Positions 18,110-28,474 of a stretch of DNA of 50,497 bases are shown here, piece by piece. The stretch covers positions 1 to 50,497 of the forward strand of contig DAON01000077.1 of assembly GCA_002501885.1 (NCBI GenBank). The letters run 5' to 3'. The DNA comes from Euryarchaeota archaeon UBA220 (GTDB lineage: Archaea; Thermoplasmatota; Poseidoniia; Poseidoniales; Thalassarchaeaceae). Position 1 is the first letter of the stretch. Each line of letters starts with the position of its first letter. Made by a program: the position numbers and the translations under genes. Below the pieces are notes generated by a model, which was given only the letters and a program-made list of their open reading frames with translations, was not told the origin of the DNA and did no database searches.

Positions 18110-20545
18110 ATGTATCAAGGCGGCACCATGTCGGAGACTACAGAGCACCATCTCGATATCGAGACTTGGGATGATAGAGAACTTCTCGAAGTCATCTGCA
18201 GCAGATACTTTCTGCTTGGAGGCCAAGGAGTCTCGGAGTTGTCCTGGGAAGTCAATGGGAGAGAAGGCCGGAATCCCAGCGAATGCCTAATCGCACTAAA
18301 TCGGCATCTCAAACAACTGAGTTTGATTGCAGTCCTTGATGAGGGCGATCCGCCGATTATGTCAGTCGGATCTTTGCCATCACAAACAGTTGTCATGCCT
18401 TCTTGGCAGCAGTCGTTAGTGTGGCTTTTGGCTGCATCCTTCACAACTCTATCCGGGTCTCTCTGGATCTCCTCGATGGAGCCGGGACAACAACCGTTCG
18501 ACTCTTCAATTCTAGAGACCGCAATTGTCTTCTTTACACTACCAGTGTTGGGTTCAGCTCTGCTGGCAAGTTATGCTAGGATTTTCGTCTCAAAGGCATT
18601 CGAGGTTGAAAATTCACATCTCATACCCTTGGCTTTCCCAGTTTTTTCTCCCGAGTGGCCGTTCAGTCTAGTCTCTACTATTGGACAAAATAGACCCGAT
18701 CTACACCCAATTCCCAATCGCAAAGCCCTCGGAATGATTGAGTTGGCCGCCCCGGTAGTGTTGTTCACATGCGGAACTGCTCTAACAATCATCGGTCTAG
18801 GTTTGACCTCTGTACAGCCCCCCGAGTTCGAGTCTTCACCAGTTGGAGTTGATTTGAATCTCATTTCAGAGGTACTCGCATCGATTCTAGTCGAACCACA
18901 CACTATCCTAAGACTACAGTGGATTCATCCAACCGGATTGGCAGGAATCGCTCTTTCGATTGTAAGTTGGGCACTTCTTCTACCGGTCCCCGGATTCCCC
19001 GGAGACAGGATTCTGCACTCTTTACTCGGCCCCGGAGACATGCAGGATGATCGAAATCAAACCTCAATATTCATCTCTACTCTGGGATTCGTGCTGATAA
19101 TTTTCATCTCTACTGAATACTGGCCTTGGCTGCTAATTGCAGCCATCGCTGGATGGCGTAGGTTCAGTCCAGAGCATATCCCTGAGCCTTTTGTTGTCGA
19201 TGAGTTCGCAGGCCTAGAAGAAATCCCAATGCGTCAGATTGCCACCCTTACTATTGCAATTCTGCTGCTAGGATATCCCGGACTTGAGCCAAGCTCTCAG
19301 ATAGATGATTGGGATGGAGGAATTTCTACTGAAGATTGGCCAATCTCGATGACCTTCGAGGGGAATACCGTGCAACTAGAATTGCCCCTAGAGCCTGTAG
19401 GATTAATGCCAGTATCTGGATGGCTACAGATGCGAATCGAGGGCGCTACAAATGCTGGCTGGGAAATAAACTCAGAATGTATGAATGAACGAGAAGTCTG
19501 CAGATTCGATGACATCACCCAAGCATCAACAAGCAGTGTGCAAATTGAATTGTCTCGTAACTCTACCGAACCATCCAATCTGACCTTCAGAATGGTGGTT
19601 CTAATCGATGTGGATAATCATGTCTCTGAACATTCAATCCTTTTCAGAGCAGCAGATACAACTTCTTCTATTGATCCTCTTTGGATTTTGGTTGAAGATA
19701 CGGATACTCCTAGAATCTGTGTTGAGTTGGATGTCTCTGACGGAGACTATGTTAATCTGAGCAATCAGAATCCATTTTGGTCTTTTGAGAATGAGACATC
19801 TCTTGGAGAAGGTACTCACGACCTATGCCTGAGAGGACAAGTAGGGGCAATTCAATCTCTTAGTAATCGCGATAATCAACATCTCGTAATCGGCCCTCCA
19901 ATTACTCTGCATAGAGAGAATGGATCAGACGAAACACTCCTCATGCCAATTGAAAATACCATCCCACCATTACATGTCTCTGGTGGCGAATGGACGATTC
20001 CAAATTCGTTTGGACCGCAACAAGAATACACAATCGCCCGAGGAGAGTCCGGCTCGGTATTCTGTCCTTCTTCGGAGGTAATTGCAGATGTCGATACGAG
20101 TGAAAATTGGAGTAAGGAGCTTGTAGACAGATCTTCTATTTCGATTCCACAAGCAGGAACAGGCAATGGGTCACTAAGATTCTCTGCCGATGGATGGCTA
20201 GCAGTATGTGATGGCACTAGGATTATTTCCGCATACCGAGTTACCGAAGGTTCAGATGTTGTAGTCGAATCAGCCGCTCTTAACTCACGCCTCGATGTAG
20301 GCGAATTTAGCATTGTTAACAGAGAGAATTATTCTTTCTCAATGTCGGTAGACTGGGTAGGAGATGCTGTTACTTGGGACAATTGGGTAATTTCTCATCC
20401 CTCAGAAATCTCATCACATTCACAAGTCTTTGTTACTATCTCGGTAGAAGAGAGTGATACGGCAGCGTGGGCTGCTTGGTTGACTGTGGATGGCGAACAA
20501 ATCACATTACACTTCTCTGCTCGTTCTACGGGGGCGAGCGAATGA
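18110..20545 (+). CDS. M50 / site-2-protease (EGY-like) family membrane protein with degenerate active site and ~420-aa C-terminal extracytoplasmic domain
   Basis: The TM-core pattern IPLAFPVFSPEWPFSLVSTIGQ..IPNRKALGMIELAAPVV and HPTGLAGIALSIVSWALLLPVPGFPGDRILHSLLG parallels the M50 motifs PyFiP...G.fGA...p.R.al.d.a.AGP and NLlP...LDGG. No HExxH is present where expected (SYARIFVSKAF). ATGA overlap with panE. Confidence 0.5.
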   Translation: MYQGGTMSETTEHHLDIETWDDRELLEVICSRYFLLGGQGVSELSWEVNGREGRNPSECLIALNRHLKQLSLIAVLDEGDPPIMSVGSLPSQTVVMPSWQQSLVWLLAASFTTLSGSLWISSMEPGQQPFDSSILETAIVFFTLPVLGSALLASYARIFVSKAFEVENSHLIPLAFPVFSPEWPFSLVSTIGQNRPDLHPIPNRKALGMIELAAPVVLFTCGTALTIIGLGLTSVQPPEFESSPVGVDLNLISEVLASILVEPHTILRLQWIHPTGLAGIALSIVSWALLLPVPGFPGDRILHSLLGPGDMQDDRNQTSIFISTLGFVLIIFISTEYWPWLLIAAIAGWRRFSPEHIPEPFVVDEFAGLEEIPMRQIATLTIAILLLGYPGLEPSSQIDDWDGGISTEDWPISMTFEGNTVQLELPLEPVGLMPVSGWLQMRIEGATNAGWEINSECMNEREVCRFDDITQASTSSVQIELSRNSTEPSNLTFRMVVLIDVDNHVSEHSILFRAADTTSSIDPLWILVEDTDTPRICVELDVSDGDYVNLSNQNPFWSFENETSLGEGTHDLCLRGQVGAIQSLSNRDNQHLVIGPPITLHRENGSDETLLMPIENTIPPLHVSGGEWTIPNSFGPQQEYTIARGESGSVFCPSSEVIADVDTSENWSKELVDRSSISIPQAGTGNGSLRFSADGWLAVCDGTRIISAYRVTEGSDVVVESAALNSRLDVGEFSIVNRENYSFSMSVDWVGDAVTWDNWVISHPSEISSHSQVFVTISVEESDTAAWAAWLTVDGEQITLHFSARSTGASE

Positions 20546-21492
20546 GAATTGCAGTTCTAGGAGTGGGTTCAATTGGCGGAGTTCTTTTGGGCGCTCTATC
20601 GGATACGAACTGCGAATTAGTGGCTATTTCACGAGGAAACTCTGCAGATAAACTATCCTCTTTGGGTTTGGTTTTGCACTCACCCGAGGGGCCTATTGAG
20701 GCCATCCCTCCTGAGAGGTTCACTACTTTCGATAGCGAGTCAGGACCAGTCCCGGATTTTATCACAAACAGTTGCGATGCAGTCTTCATATGCAGCAAGT
20801 CTGATTCGACTCCAGTACTCGCCCAGATAGCTGATGAGATACTTGTTCAAGATGGAATAGCAATCAGTCTACAAAATGGAATGGGACACGCTCAAACCCT
20901 TGCCCATCGCCTAGGTAGAGAAAGAACACTAGGAGGGATTACCACTCATGGTGCATGGAGAAATGAAACAGGCACACACTGGGTGGGTCGTGGAAATATC
21001 ACCCTGGGCTCTCTCGATTCATCTAAACCATCAGGAAATGCCGAGAGACTAATTGAAATCCTAAATCAAGCGGGTCTGTCTCCAGACTGGTCTGATGACA
21101 TCAACAAATCAATTTGGATAAAGCTACTAGTCAATGTAGCAATAAATCCAGTTTGCTCGATAGCCGGAGTTCGTAATGGTGCCCTTCTCGAGGTGCCTGA
21201 ACTCTGGGCCCAAGCAATCTCTGCGATGTCTGAGGCAGCTACAGTTGCAACAGCTAGCGGAGTCGATCTCTCCGACATAGATATCGAGTCATTACTCAGA
21301 GAGGTTGCTTCTAACACATCTGAGAACAGATGTTCGATGCTGCAGGATATCATGGCAGGCAGGAAGACCGAAGTTAACCATCTGTGTGGGGCCATTGTCG
21401 ATGCAGGAGAATCAGTTGGAGTCCCAACTCCTAGGAATGAGATGCTTCATGCTCTGATATGCGGTATCGAAATCTCATCTGAATTCGACTGA
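20542..21492 (+). CDS. panE: 2-dehydropantoate 2-reductase (ketopantoate reductase)
   Basis: MRIAVLGVGSIGG Rossmann N-terminus, LQNGMGH, IWIKLLVNVAINP and CSMLQDIMAGRKTEVNHLCGAIV. The ATG at 20542 overlaps the upstream stop (ATGA), so the ORF-track N-terminal extension is spurious. Confidence 0.85.
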   Translation: MRIAVLGVGSIGGVLLGALSDTNCELVAISRGNSADKLSSLGLVLHSPEGPIEAIPPERFTTFDSESGPVPDFITNSCDAVFICSKSDSTPVLAQIADEILVQDGIAISLQNGMGHAQTLAHRLGRERTLGGITTHGAWRNETGTHWVGRGNITLGSLDSSKPSGNAERLIEILNQAGLSPDWSDDINKSIWIKLLVNVAINPVCSIAGVRNGALLEVPELWAQAISAMSEAATVATASGVDLSDIDIESLLREVASNTSENRCSMLQDIMAGRKTEVNHLCGAIVDAGESVGVPTPRNEMLHALICGIEISSEFD

Positions 21493-21621
21493 TTGTGGCG
21501 ATTTTTCACCCCCTCCGTAATCGCTGTGCTGCGCCTATGGTAGCCTCAACATTCATAGGCGAACAGATTGGGAGGGAGCGAATGTCGTCGGCGATAATTC
21601 GTACGGCGAAAGGGTGAGGGG

Positions 21622-24600
21622 ATGCATCTAATTCGAATGGAACTCGAGAACTTCAAGTCATTTGGAGGCGAAGTAACCATCCCTCTCGAAGAAGGATTCA
21701 CTGCGATAACCGGCCCCAATGGTTCTGGCAAGTCCAATACACTAGATGCCTTGGAATTCGTTTTAGGCCCCAAGTCAACTAAGTCTCTAAGGGCAGAAAA
21801 TGTAACTCAACTGATATTCAATGGTGGCGAGAGAGGAAGACCAGCTAAGCACATGTCGGCTACTCTTGTCTTCAACAATGAGGCTGATGATACTGGTAGA
21901 AGGAGGTTGAGGATTGACTCGGATGAAGTCAGTTTTACTCGCACAGTCAAACTCGGCAGAAAGGGGGCACCAATCTCTGCCTTCAGAATAGGAGACAAAC
22001 CGTCTACAGCCACAGAGATGAGAAGAGTCCTAGCAGAGGCTGGACTAAGGGCTGGAGGATACAATATTGTCAAGCAAGGAGATGTCACCAATCTTGCGAC
22101 TATGACGGCCTACAAGAGAAGAAAAATCATCGAAGATGTCGCCGGAGTAACTGCCTATGATGATGAGATTAGGAAGTCCAACACTCAGAGGAAGCATGTC
22201 GAGAACAGCATTGAGACTATTGGCATTCTCGAAGATGACCAGAAGGTTCGACTCAAGAGCCTCTCAAAGGAGCGTGAACAGGCACTCAAATTCAAAGAGT
22301 TGCAAGACGACCTAGACTCTTCTAGAATGGTACTTCATCAATCTAGACACAGGAATAGATCAGAGGATGTCGAACTACTCGGCGAGGAAAGAACTCGCTA
22401 TATGGGCGAAATAGATGAGATTGGCAATCAAGTCTCTATTGGCAATAAATCCCTGCTCTCGCTCGATGAAGAGATGGTCAGAGTCGAGTCAGAGATTAAC
22501 GAAATCATGAGTGGCGATGGTAAGGAAATTCTCGACACCATCCGTCAGTATGAAATCGATATAGAAACGGGAGGAGACAGAATTGCCGACCAAGAGGAAG
22601 CAATTGAAGCGGCGAACTCCGAAGCCGAAGAATTCGGCAATGAACTCGAGAGAGCCAAGCAAGCCCAGTCAGAAGCTGAGACTGCACTGGAAAACGCTCA
22701 GCAGAAACTCATCGATTCCAATTCTGCAATCGAGGAGGCATCCAATGATGAGGCAGAAGCAAGGCAGGCAATAGAGTCAGGGGACAAACATGGCCGTGAT
22801 CTCAAGCGCGCTTTGGGACTGGTTTCAGACAAAGTCGATGAGGCTCAGTCGGTATATGCCGAGAAGAGACTCGCAGCAGATCGAGCTGACCAGGCAGAAC
22901 AACTCGCATCCAGCAAACTTGCTGACCTCGAGGAGATGTTCGAAGAGGCAACAATGGTCCGTGATGATCTCGAACTCGTCGGAGAAGACCTACAGAGTGA
23001 AAATCCACAAGAGGACAGAACATCTCTAGCCGAGGAACTACGCCGCTTACAGAAGCAGGAGTCGGAACTTGCAGAAGATAGAGATAGGGCCGAGACTAGG
23101 GTGAGAGATTCAGAGCGGGAGTTAAGTCGAGCTCGAGTCCGTCAGGAAGAGAGAACCAAGGCACCAGGTTCTGCAATCACACTAGCCGCTCTGGCCAAAC
23201 TTAGACAGAGCGGGGAAATCAAGGGCATACTGGGCTCTCTAGGCGAACTAACAGCACCCAAGGACAACTCACACGAAGAAGCCCTTGCGGTGGCTTTGGG
23301 CGGAGGGCTCAGGAGTATCGTTGTGAACGATGATGATGTTGCAGCCAAGTGTATCGCATGGCTCAGGAAAAATGGCGGAGGAAGGGCGACTTTCCTACCT
23401 CTGAACAAACTGAGTATCAATCGTCCAGGCGGTCGGTCTCTGATCGTTGCCAACAACCCAGGAGTTGTAGGATTCGCCCATGACTTGCTCGATTATGATC
23501 CCGAGATAGACACCGCTGTAAGATATGCCAGCAGAAACACTCTGGTCGTTGATACTATGGAAGTTGCAAGGAGGAACATGGGAGGAGTCAGGATGGTAAC
23601 ACTCGATGGTTCTCTCATAGAGAGCTCTGGAGCGATGACCGGTGGCTCTGCCACCAAGAATACCGCAAACGCCTTCGGCGGAGGTTCCGTTTCCAGCAGT
23701 CTAGATCGCTTAGAAGCCGCAGTAAATGATGCCAATCTGATTTACTCCACAGTCGAAGCAGCTCTCAGAGAGTTACGAAGTAACCAGCAAGCATTGAGGG
23801 ACCGTATTCATGGCCTAGATGATTCAGACAAAGTTCTACAGGCACGTAACTGGAAATCGGATATGAGTAGGGCTCAGAAGGATGTTGAAGATGTTCGCAA
23901 GAAAGTCCAAACTGCAATTTCCGACTTCAAGAATCATCAGAAGGGCAATGCCGAGGCTAAGCAAGCAGCCGCTGAGGCCAAGGAAGAACTAGACTCAGTA
24001 TCGGAAGAGAGGTCACAGGCCGCACAGGCTCTACAGGACCATGCCCCTGATCATCTATCAAAGAAGCTGAGAGACGCAGAACGCAAGATGACCGAGGCAG
24101 AGCGTCAAAGACTCGTAGCAGAGTCTTCCATATCAAGTTCCAATGAGAGGATTGGAATCTTGGCAGAAAGAGTTGAAGATATCTCCAAGCAAATAGAAAG
24201 GAAGATTTCAATCGTAACTCATGCAGAAAGTAGAATCCTGGAACTCAAGGGCAGCATAACTGAAGCAACAGAGAAACTAGACGATCTAAGAGAGCGAGCA
24301 TCCCAATTTAATGAGGAGCAGAAAGCACTCAATGAGCGCAGAGATGAGATTGTTGACGAGAGAGCAAGTCTCAGGGCGTCACTGGACAATCTTTCCCAGA
24401 GAAGAGAAACTCTCTCTTCACGAATTGAGGAACTAAATGGACAAATCCAGCAGAAGAGAGAGGCATTGGATGAGATTGTAGCTGAATTAGCAGCTGCTGG
24501 TATAGAGATTCCACCGGCCGATGTAGATCTGCCGACAGTAGCCGAGGCGGAGAAGAGCGTGCAGGGGCTCGAGCGCCGCCTCGGCCAACTCGGCGATGTC

Positions 24601-25533
24601 AACATGCTCGCAATAGAGCAATATGACATCACGGCGGAGAGAATAACCGCATTGGCTGAGGATGCAACCCTGCTTCGATCGAGACGAGATCAACTGATTT
24701 CACTATCTGATCAACTAGAGTCTGAAAGGAAAATCCGACTCATGGCTGTGTTCAATCATGTAGACAAGAATTTCTCCAAAGTATACGAGATTCTGCAGCC
24801 CGGAGGCAGTGGAAGTCTCAGAATGGAGAATCCGAAGAACCCATTCGAAGGCGGGATGGAAATGGATTGTGTTCCTCCTGGTAAGAGTAAGAATACTCGC
24901 AGGAGCATGCTCTCCGGAGGTGAGAAGTCAATGGCAGCGTTGGCCCTTATCTTTGCTCTACAGGACTACGAACCCAGTCCATTCTACTATCTGGATGAGG
25001 TTGACCAGAACCTTGACCCATTCAATGCCGAGAGAATCGCCACACTCTGCAGGATGCGTAGCCAAAGGGCACAATTCCTCATGGTCACTCTGCGCAAGGT
25101 AACACTAACTCTAGCAGATCACCATGTTGGAGTAACTCATGCTGGTGACGGTAGAAGTCGCCTGATTACCGACTTTGACAGGGCAAGCGCCCTAGAGATG
25201 GGAGAACAGTTTGAGGCCGAACGCAAGGCACAGGAAGAATCGGCAGCCGACAAGGAGTCGATGATCGACCTCCCAGACCCAGAGAACATGCCCAGAGCAC
25301 CCGAGCCCTTGGGCAGCCCCAAGAGCTTAGGAGGTCTAGCAGATAGAGCGGGAGTCGAAATTGAAGGCGATGAAGAAGTCGCAGATTCAGATCAAGAAGT
25401 TGACACGATGGATTCTCTCAGAGAGAGGACAGAAGAGTGGACAGAAGACATAGAAGAGAGAGAGTCCGTTCTAGTGGATGAAAATGATGCCGAAGAAGAA
25501 ATCCAGCAGATGCAAAAGGAGACCGAATCATGA
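21622..25533 (+). CDS. smc: Chromosome segregation protein SMC with acidic C-terminal extension
   Basis: Walker A GPNGSGKSN, long coiled coils, a hinge (GILGSLGELT...), the signature LSGGEKSMAALALIFAL and Walker B YYLDEVD. GGTGAGGGG lies upstream. Confidence 0.93.
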   Translation: MHLIRMELENFKSFGGEVTIPLEEGFTAITGPNGSGKSNTLDALEFVLGPKSTKSLRAENVTQLIFNGGERGRPAKHMSATLVFNNEADDTGRRRLRIDSDEVSFTRTVKLGRKGAPISAFRIGDKPSTATEMRRVLAEAGLRAGGYNIVKQGDVTNLATMTAYKRRKIIEDVAGVTAYDDEIRKSNTQRKHVENSIETIGILEDDQKVRLKSLSKEREQALKFKELQDDLDSSRMVLHQSRHRNRSEDVELLGEERTRYMGEIDEIGNQVSIGNKSLLSLDEEMVRVESEINEIMSGDGKEILDTIRQYEIDIETGGDRIADQEEAIEAANSEAEEFGNELERAKQAQSEAETALENAQQKLIDSNSAIEEASNDEAEARQAIESGDKHGRDLKRALGLVSDKVDEAQSVYAEKRLAADRADQAEQLASSKLADLEEMFEEATMVRDDLELVGEDLQSENPQEDRTSLAEELRRLQKQESELAEDRDRAETRVRDSERELSRARVRQEERTKAPGSAITLAALAKLRQSGEIKGILGSLGELTAPKDNSHEEALAVALGGGLRSIVVNDDDVAAKCIAWLRKNGGGRATFLPLNKLSINRPGGRSLIVANNPGVVGFAHDLLDYDPEIDTAVRYASRNTLVVDTMEVARRNMGGVRMVTLDGSLIESSGAMTGGSATKNTANAFGGGSVSSSLDRLEAAVNDANLIYSTVEAALRELRSNQQALRDRIHGLDDSDKVLQARNWKSDMSRAQKDVEDVRKKVQTAISDFKNHQKGNAEAKQAAAEAKEELDSVSEERSQAAQALQDHAPDHLSKKLRDAERKMTEAERQRLVAESSISSSNERIGILAERVEDISKQIERKISIVTHAESRILELKGSITEATEKLDDLRERASQFNEEQKALNERRDEIVDERASLRASLDNLSQRRETLSSRIEELNGQIQQKREALDEIVAELAAAGIEIPPADVDLPTVAEAEKSVQGLERRLGQLGDVNMLAIEQYDITAERITALAEDATLLRSRRDQLISLSDQLESERKIRLMAVFNHVDKNFSKVYEILQPGGSGSLRMENPKNPFEGGMEMDCVPPGKSKNTRRSMLSGGEKSMAALALIFALQDYEPSPFYYLDEVDQNLDPFNAERIATLCRMRSQRAQFLMVTLRKVTLTLADHHVGVTHAGDGRSRLITDFDRASALEMGEQFEAERKAQEESAADKESMIDLPDPENMPRAPEPLGSPKSLGGLADRAGVEIEGDEEVADSDQEVDTMDSLRERTEEWTEDIEERESVLVDENDAEEEIQQMQKETES

Positions 25534-26534
25534 CCGTCTTCGACGGCCACGCAATGAGGGACGAAATCGTCTCAAGCATGTTGGATAGCGAAGCAGACCT
25601 AGAGACTAGCAAATACCTAGACAGGTTAGTTGAACTCTCATTACTAGAGGAAGCCGAACACCAGTTCCTGATTGATCCATTCGACAGATCTGTAGCACTT
25701 GTCTTCCAGTTGTTTCAGTCATCCGATTTAGACCCCTGGGATGTCGATTTGACAACCTTCATTGAGATGTTCAATCGAAGAATCGAAGATGCCGAAAATA
25801 TCGACCTACCAACCTGTGGAAGATTAGTTCGTATGGCTTGGTGCATACTCCGTGGTCAAGCGGCTACTCTACTAGATAGGCAAGAGAGGGCCTTTGAAGA
25901 GGAAGAGGAAGAGATTTGGGATTTTGATGGAGGCTGGGAGGCAGACTTCGATGACGCAGACTACAACTTCTCTGTTGGAGTACTTTCCGGGGCGGCATCC
26001 GAGGCCCTGCCTCAAATGTTCGAAGGCCGTATCCATCGAGACGAGAGCCGCCCCGTGACTCTCGGTGAATTACTAATGGGTCTGCAAGATGCAGGGAGAT
26101 TGGCCGCAGAGCAGAGAATGCGCGAAGAGATTGCGAAGGAGAGGCGAGAGGCTCATGATAGGGCTAGAGAAAGATTCAGCGGAAGCCTGCATATTGAGGA
26201 CCTAGAGGGAGACCTAAAGAGGACATGGGAATCGCTCAAATCACGTTCCGATGCAGGCGAACCAGTTTCTCTGAAAATGCTCGTAGAAGATTTGACTTTG
26301 AAGTCAATAGATGAAGGAGTTCCTCTAGAAGAAGCGGAAGCAGAGGCACAAGTAGCGGCACTAATATCTGCTCTTTTCCTTACCAACAGAGGCTTCGTTG
26401 ACCTTAAGCAGAAAACCGGTAGGAATGGAGATATTACTCTCAGAGACCTCTGGGACGAGGAAGAAGACTTTGCAACTCTCTCTCTAAGGCTTAATCCTAA
26501 GCCTAAGATTCAGGAGGTGTCCGAACTTGTCTGA
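25530..26534 (+). CDS. scpA: Segregation and condensation protein A (kleisin)
   Basis: ATGA overlap with smc. The FLIDPFDRSVALVFQLFQSSDLDPWDVDLTTFIEMF region resembles the ScpA N-terminal domain. There is an acidic insert in the middle. Confidence 0.75.
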   Translation: MTVFDGHAMRDEIVSSMLDSEADLETSKYLDRLVELSLLEEAEHQFLIDPFDRSVALVFQLFQSSDLDPWDVDLTTFIEMFNRRIEDAENIDLPTCGRLVRMAWCILRGQAATLLDRQERAFEEEEEEIWDFDGGWEADFDDADYNFSVGVLSGAASEALPQMFEGRIHRDESRPVTLGELLMGLQDAGRLAAEQRMREEIAKERREAHDRARERFSGSLHIEDLEGDLKRTWESLKSRSDAGEPVSLKMLVEDLTLKSIDEGVPLEEAEAEAQVAALISALFLTNRGFVDLKQKTGRNGDITLRDLWDEEEDFATLSLRLNPKPKIQEVSELV

Positions 26535-27144
26535 TCCAGAACTTTCTACTATCCTTGAAGCAATACTCTTCGGAGCAGGTAGGTCGATGTCAGTCGAGGA
26601 ACTCTCCGAATTACTTGAGAAACCGGCATCAGAGGTAGAAGAATCACTTAGGCAGTTACAATCTACAATTCGCAGACGTCGAGACTCAGCTCTGCAATTA
26701 TCCGATGTAGCTGGTAGATGGATTTTCGAAGTCAGACCCGGACTTTCTCCTCATTTACCCGAGTCATTCAGGGCCGACATCCCTCAGAGATTGCTTCCCG
26801 CAGCAGCCTTGGTGGCTTATCATCAGCCTATGGCGCAATCACAACTGGTCGACATGCTCGGACAGCGAGCCTATGAGCATGTCAGAGACCTTGCAAAGAT
26901 GGGTCTTCTAGACCGTAGGAGAGACGGCCTAACTCGTAGACTTACGACCACTCGCAGGTTCGCTGAATACTTCGGATGCCCGGAAGTAGAGTACAGAAAG
27001 GTACGTTCTTGGTTCAGACAAGAAGCAGAGAATATGGGCCTCACGAGCGCCCAATTGGCTGCCTCACTAGCCCCTGAAGAACAGTTGTCAATCAATGAGT
27101 TCTCAGACGAATCATCCGATGAGGGCACATTAGAGGCCGAATAA
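26527..27144 (+). CDS. scpB: Segregation and condensation protein B
   Basis: ILEAILFGAGRSMSVEELSELL plus a second winged-helix segment. TTG start with GGAGGTG 8 nt upstream; 8-nt overlap with scpA. Confidence 0.78.
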   Translation: MSDPELSTILEAILFGAGRSMSVEELSELLEKPASEVEESLRQLQSTIRRRRDSALQLSDVAGRWIFEVRPGLSPHLPESFRADIPQRLLPAAALVAYHQPMAQSQLVDMLGQRAYEHVRDLAKMGLLDRRRDGLTRRLTTTRRFAEYFGCPEVEYRKVRSWFRQEAENMGLTSAQLAASLAPEEQLSINEFSDESSDEGTLEAE

Positions 27145-28440
27145 TCATTCAGATCTCAGCTTTGCCAACTCTTCTTCAACTGCCTTCTGAGTAATTCTTC
27201 CACCTTGAGCGCGTAGTCTAGCAGCCACAGTATCTACTTCGCCACCCTCGGCTCCTGCAGTAACAGCCATGTTTCTCACATGGAGCTTCATATGCCCAGC
27301 CTGGATACCAACAGTGGCAAGCGCTCTGAGCGCCCCCAAGTTCTGAACCAGTCCAGCGGCGGCCATTACCTTAGCAAGCTCATCCGCTGTTGATATTCCC
27401 ATTAGTGCGACATTCGCTTGTGCTGCAGGATGTACACGCACGGCACCTCCGACTAGGCCTACTGCCATAGGGAGTTCAATAGACCCAACTAGATTACCTG
27501 CTCCATCACTTTCCCAATGTGTAAGTGATCCGTATATTCGCTCATGTGAAGCAAAACTGTGAGCTCCAGACTCGATTGCCCTCCAGTCCTGTCCACAGGC
27601 AATCGCTATAGCAGAAATTGCATTCATTATTCCCTTGTTGTGAGTCGTAGCACGGAACGGATCAGCCTTAGCGAAGTGATATGCTTGCAGAATTCCATCA
27701 ATAACCTCAGTACCTTGAGCAGTATCGCCCTTGTCTGACATCTCTTCCGGAGTGAATACTGCACTAACTCGGGCCAGTCGGTGGACGGCCAAATTACTGA
27801 TTATTCTGAGAATAACTGTTCCTCCAGTCATCCCTTCTATCTTGGGGGCGATGGTTTCGGCCATAGTATTGACAGCATTTGCACCCATTGCATCTCTACA
27901 ATCGACTAAGATATGGACAATTACCATTGGCCCGGACTCCGTTTCAATAATTCGGGCCTCAATATCTCTGCATCCACCACCAAATTTGACTAAAATCGGA
28001 TCAACTTCGTTACACGAATCAATCAAATCTTGCTTTTTCTCAATAATCGTCTTCGCCGCAGATGTAGGATTCTCGCAATCAACAACTTGGATCTGACCAA
28101 TCATTACTGGATCATCATTGTTTGAGGTAAATCCTCCTTTCTGGTGGCACCTCTTTGCCATATTACTAGCAGCCGCAACCACACTAGGCTCTTCTAACAC
28201 AAAAGGAACTAGGTAGTGTTCCCCATCAACGATGAAGTTGGTCGCGACTCCGATGGGTAGGGAATATGTTCCAACTACATTCTCTATCATTCTGTCTGCA
28301 GCTTCTTCAGACAACTCTCCACTGGCGGACCACGCCTCAACTTGTTCAGGAGTTAGGCCTGCTAATTCTGCTAGCATCTCTCTGCGTTCCGAAACTGATA
28401 GTTTGTAGAATCCCTCTAGGCGACTGCTGTCTACTGGCAT
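27145..28440 (-). CDS. hmgA: Hydroxymethylglutaryl-CoA reductase, class II
   Basis: ENVVGTYSLPIGVATNFIVDGEHYLVPFVLEEPSVVAAASNMAK and VDCRDAMGANAVNTMAE; the 431-aa length fits class II enzymes. Confidence 0.9.
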   Translation of the reverse strand: MPVDSSRLEGFYKLSVSERREMLAELAGLTPEQVEAWSASGELSEEAADRMIENVVGTYSLPIGVATNFIVDGEHYLVPFVLEEPSVVAAASNMAKRCHQKGGFTSNNDDPVMIGQIQVVDCENPTSAAKTIIEKKQDLIDSCNEVDPILVKFGGGCRDIEARIIETESGPMVIVHILVDCRDAMGANAVNTMAETIAPKIEGMTGGTVILRIISNLAVHRLARVSAVFTPEEMSDKGDTAQGTEVIDGILQAYHFAKADPFRATTHNKGIMNAISAIAIACGQDWRAIESGAHSFASHERIYGSLTHWESDGAGNLVGSIELPMAVGLVGGAVRVHPAAQANVALMGISTADELAKVMAAAGLVQNLGALRALATVGIQAGHMKLHVRNMAVTAGAEGGEVDTVAARLRAQGGRITQKAVEEELAKLRSE

Positions 28441-28474
28441 AGTATCATTACGCCCCGGAGAATGGGGCTTCTAA

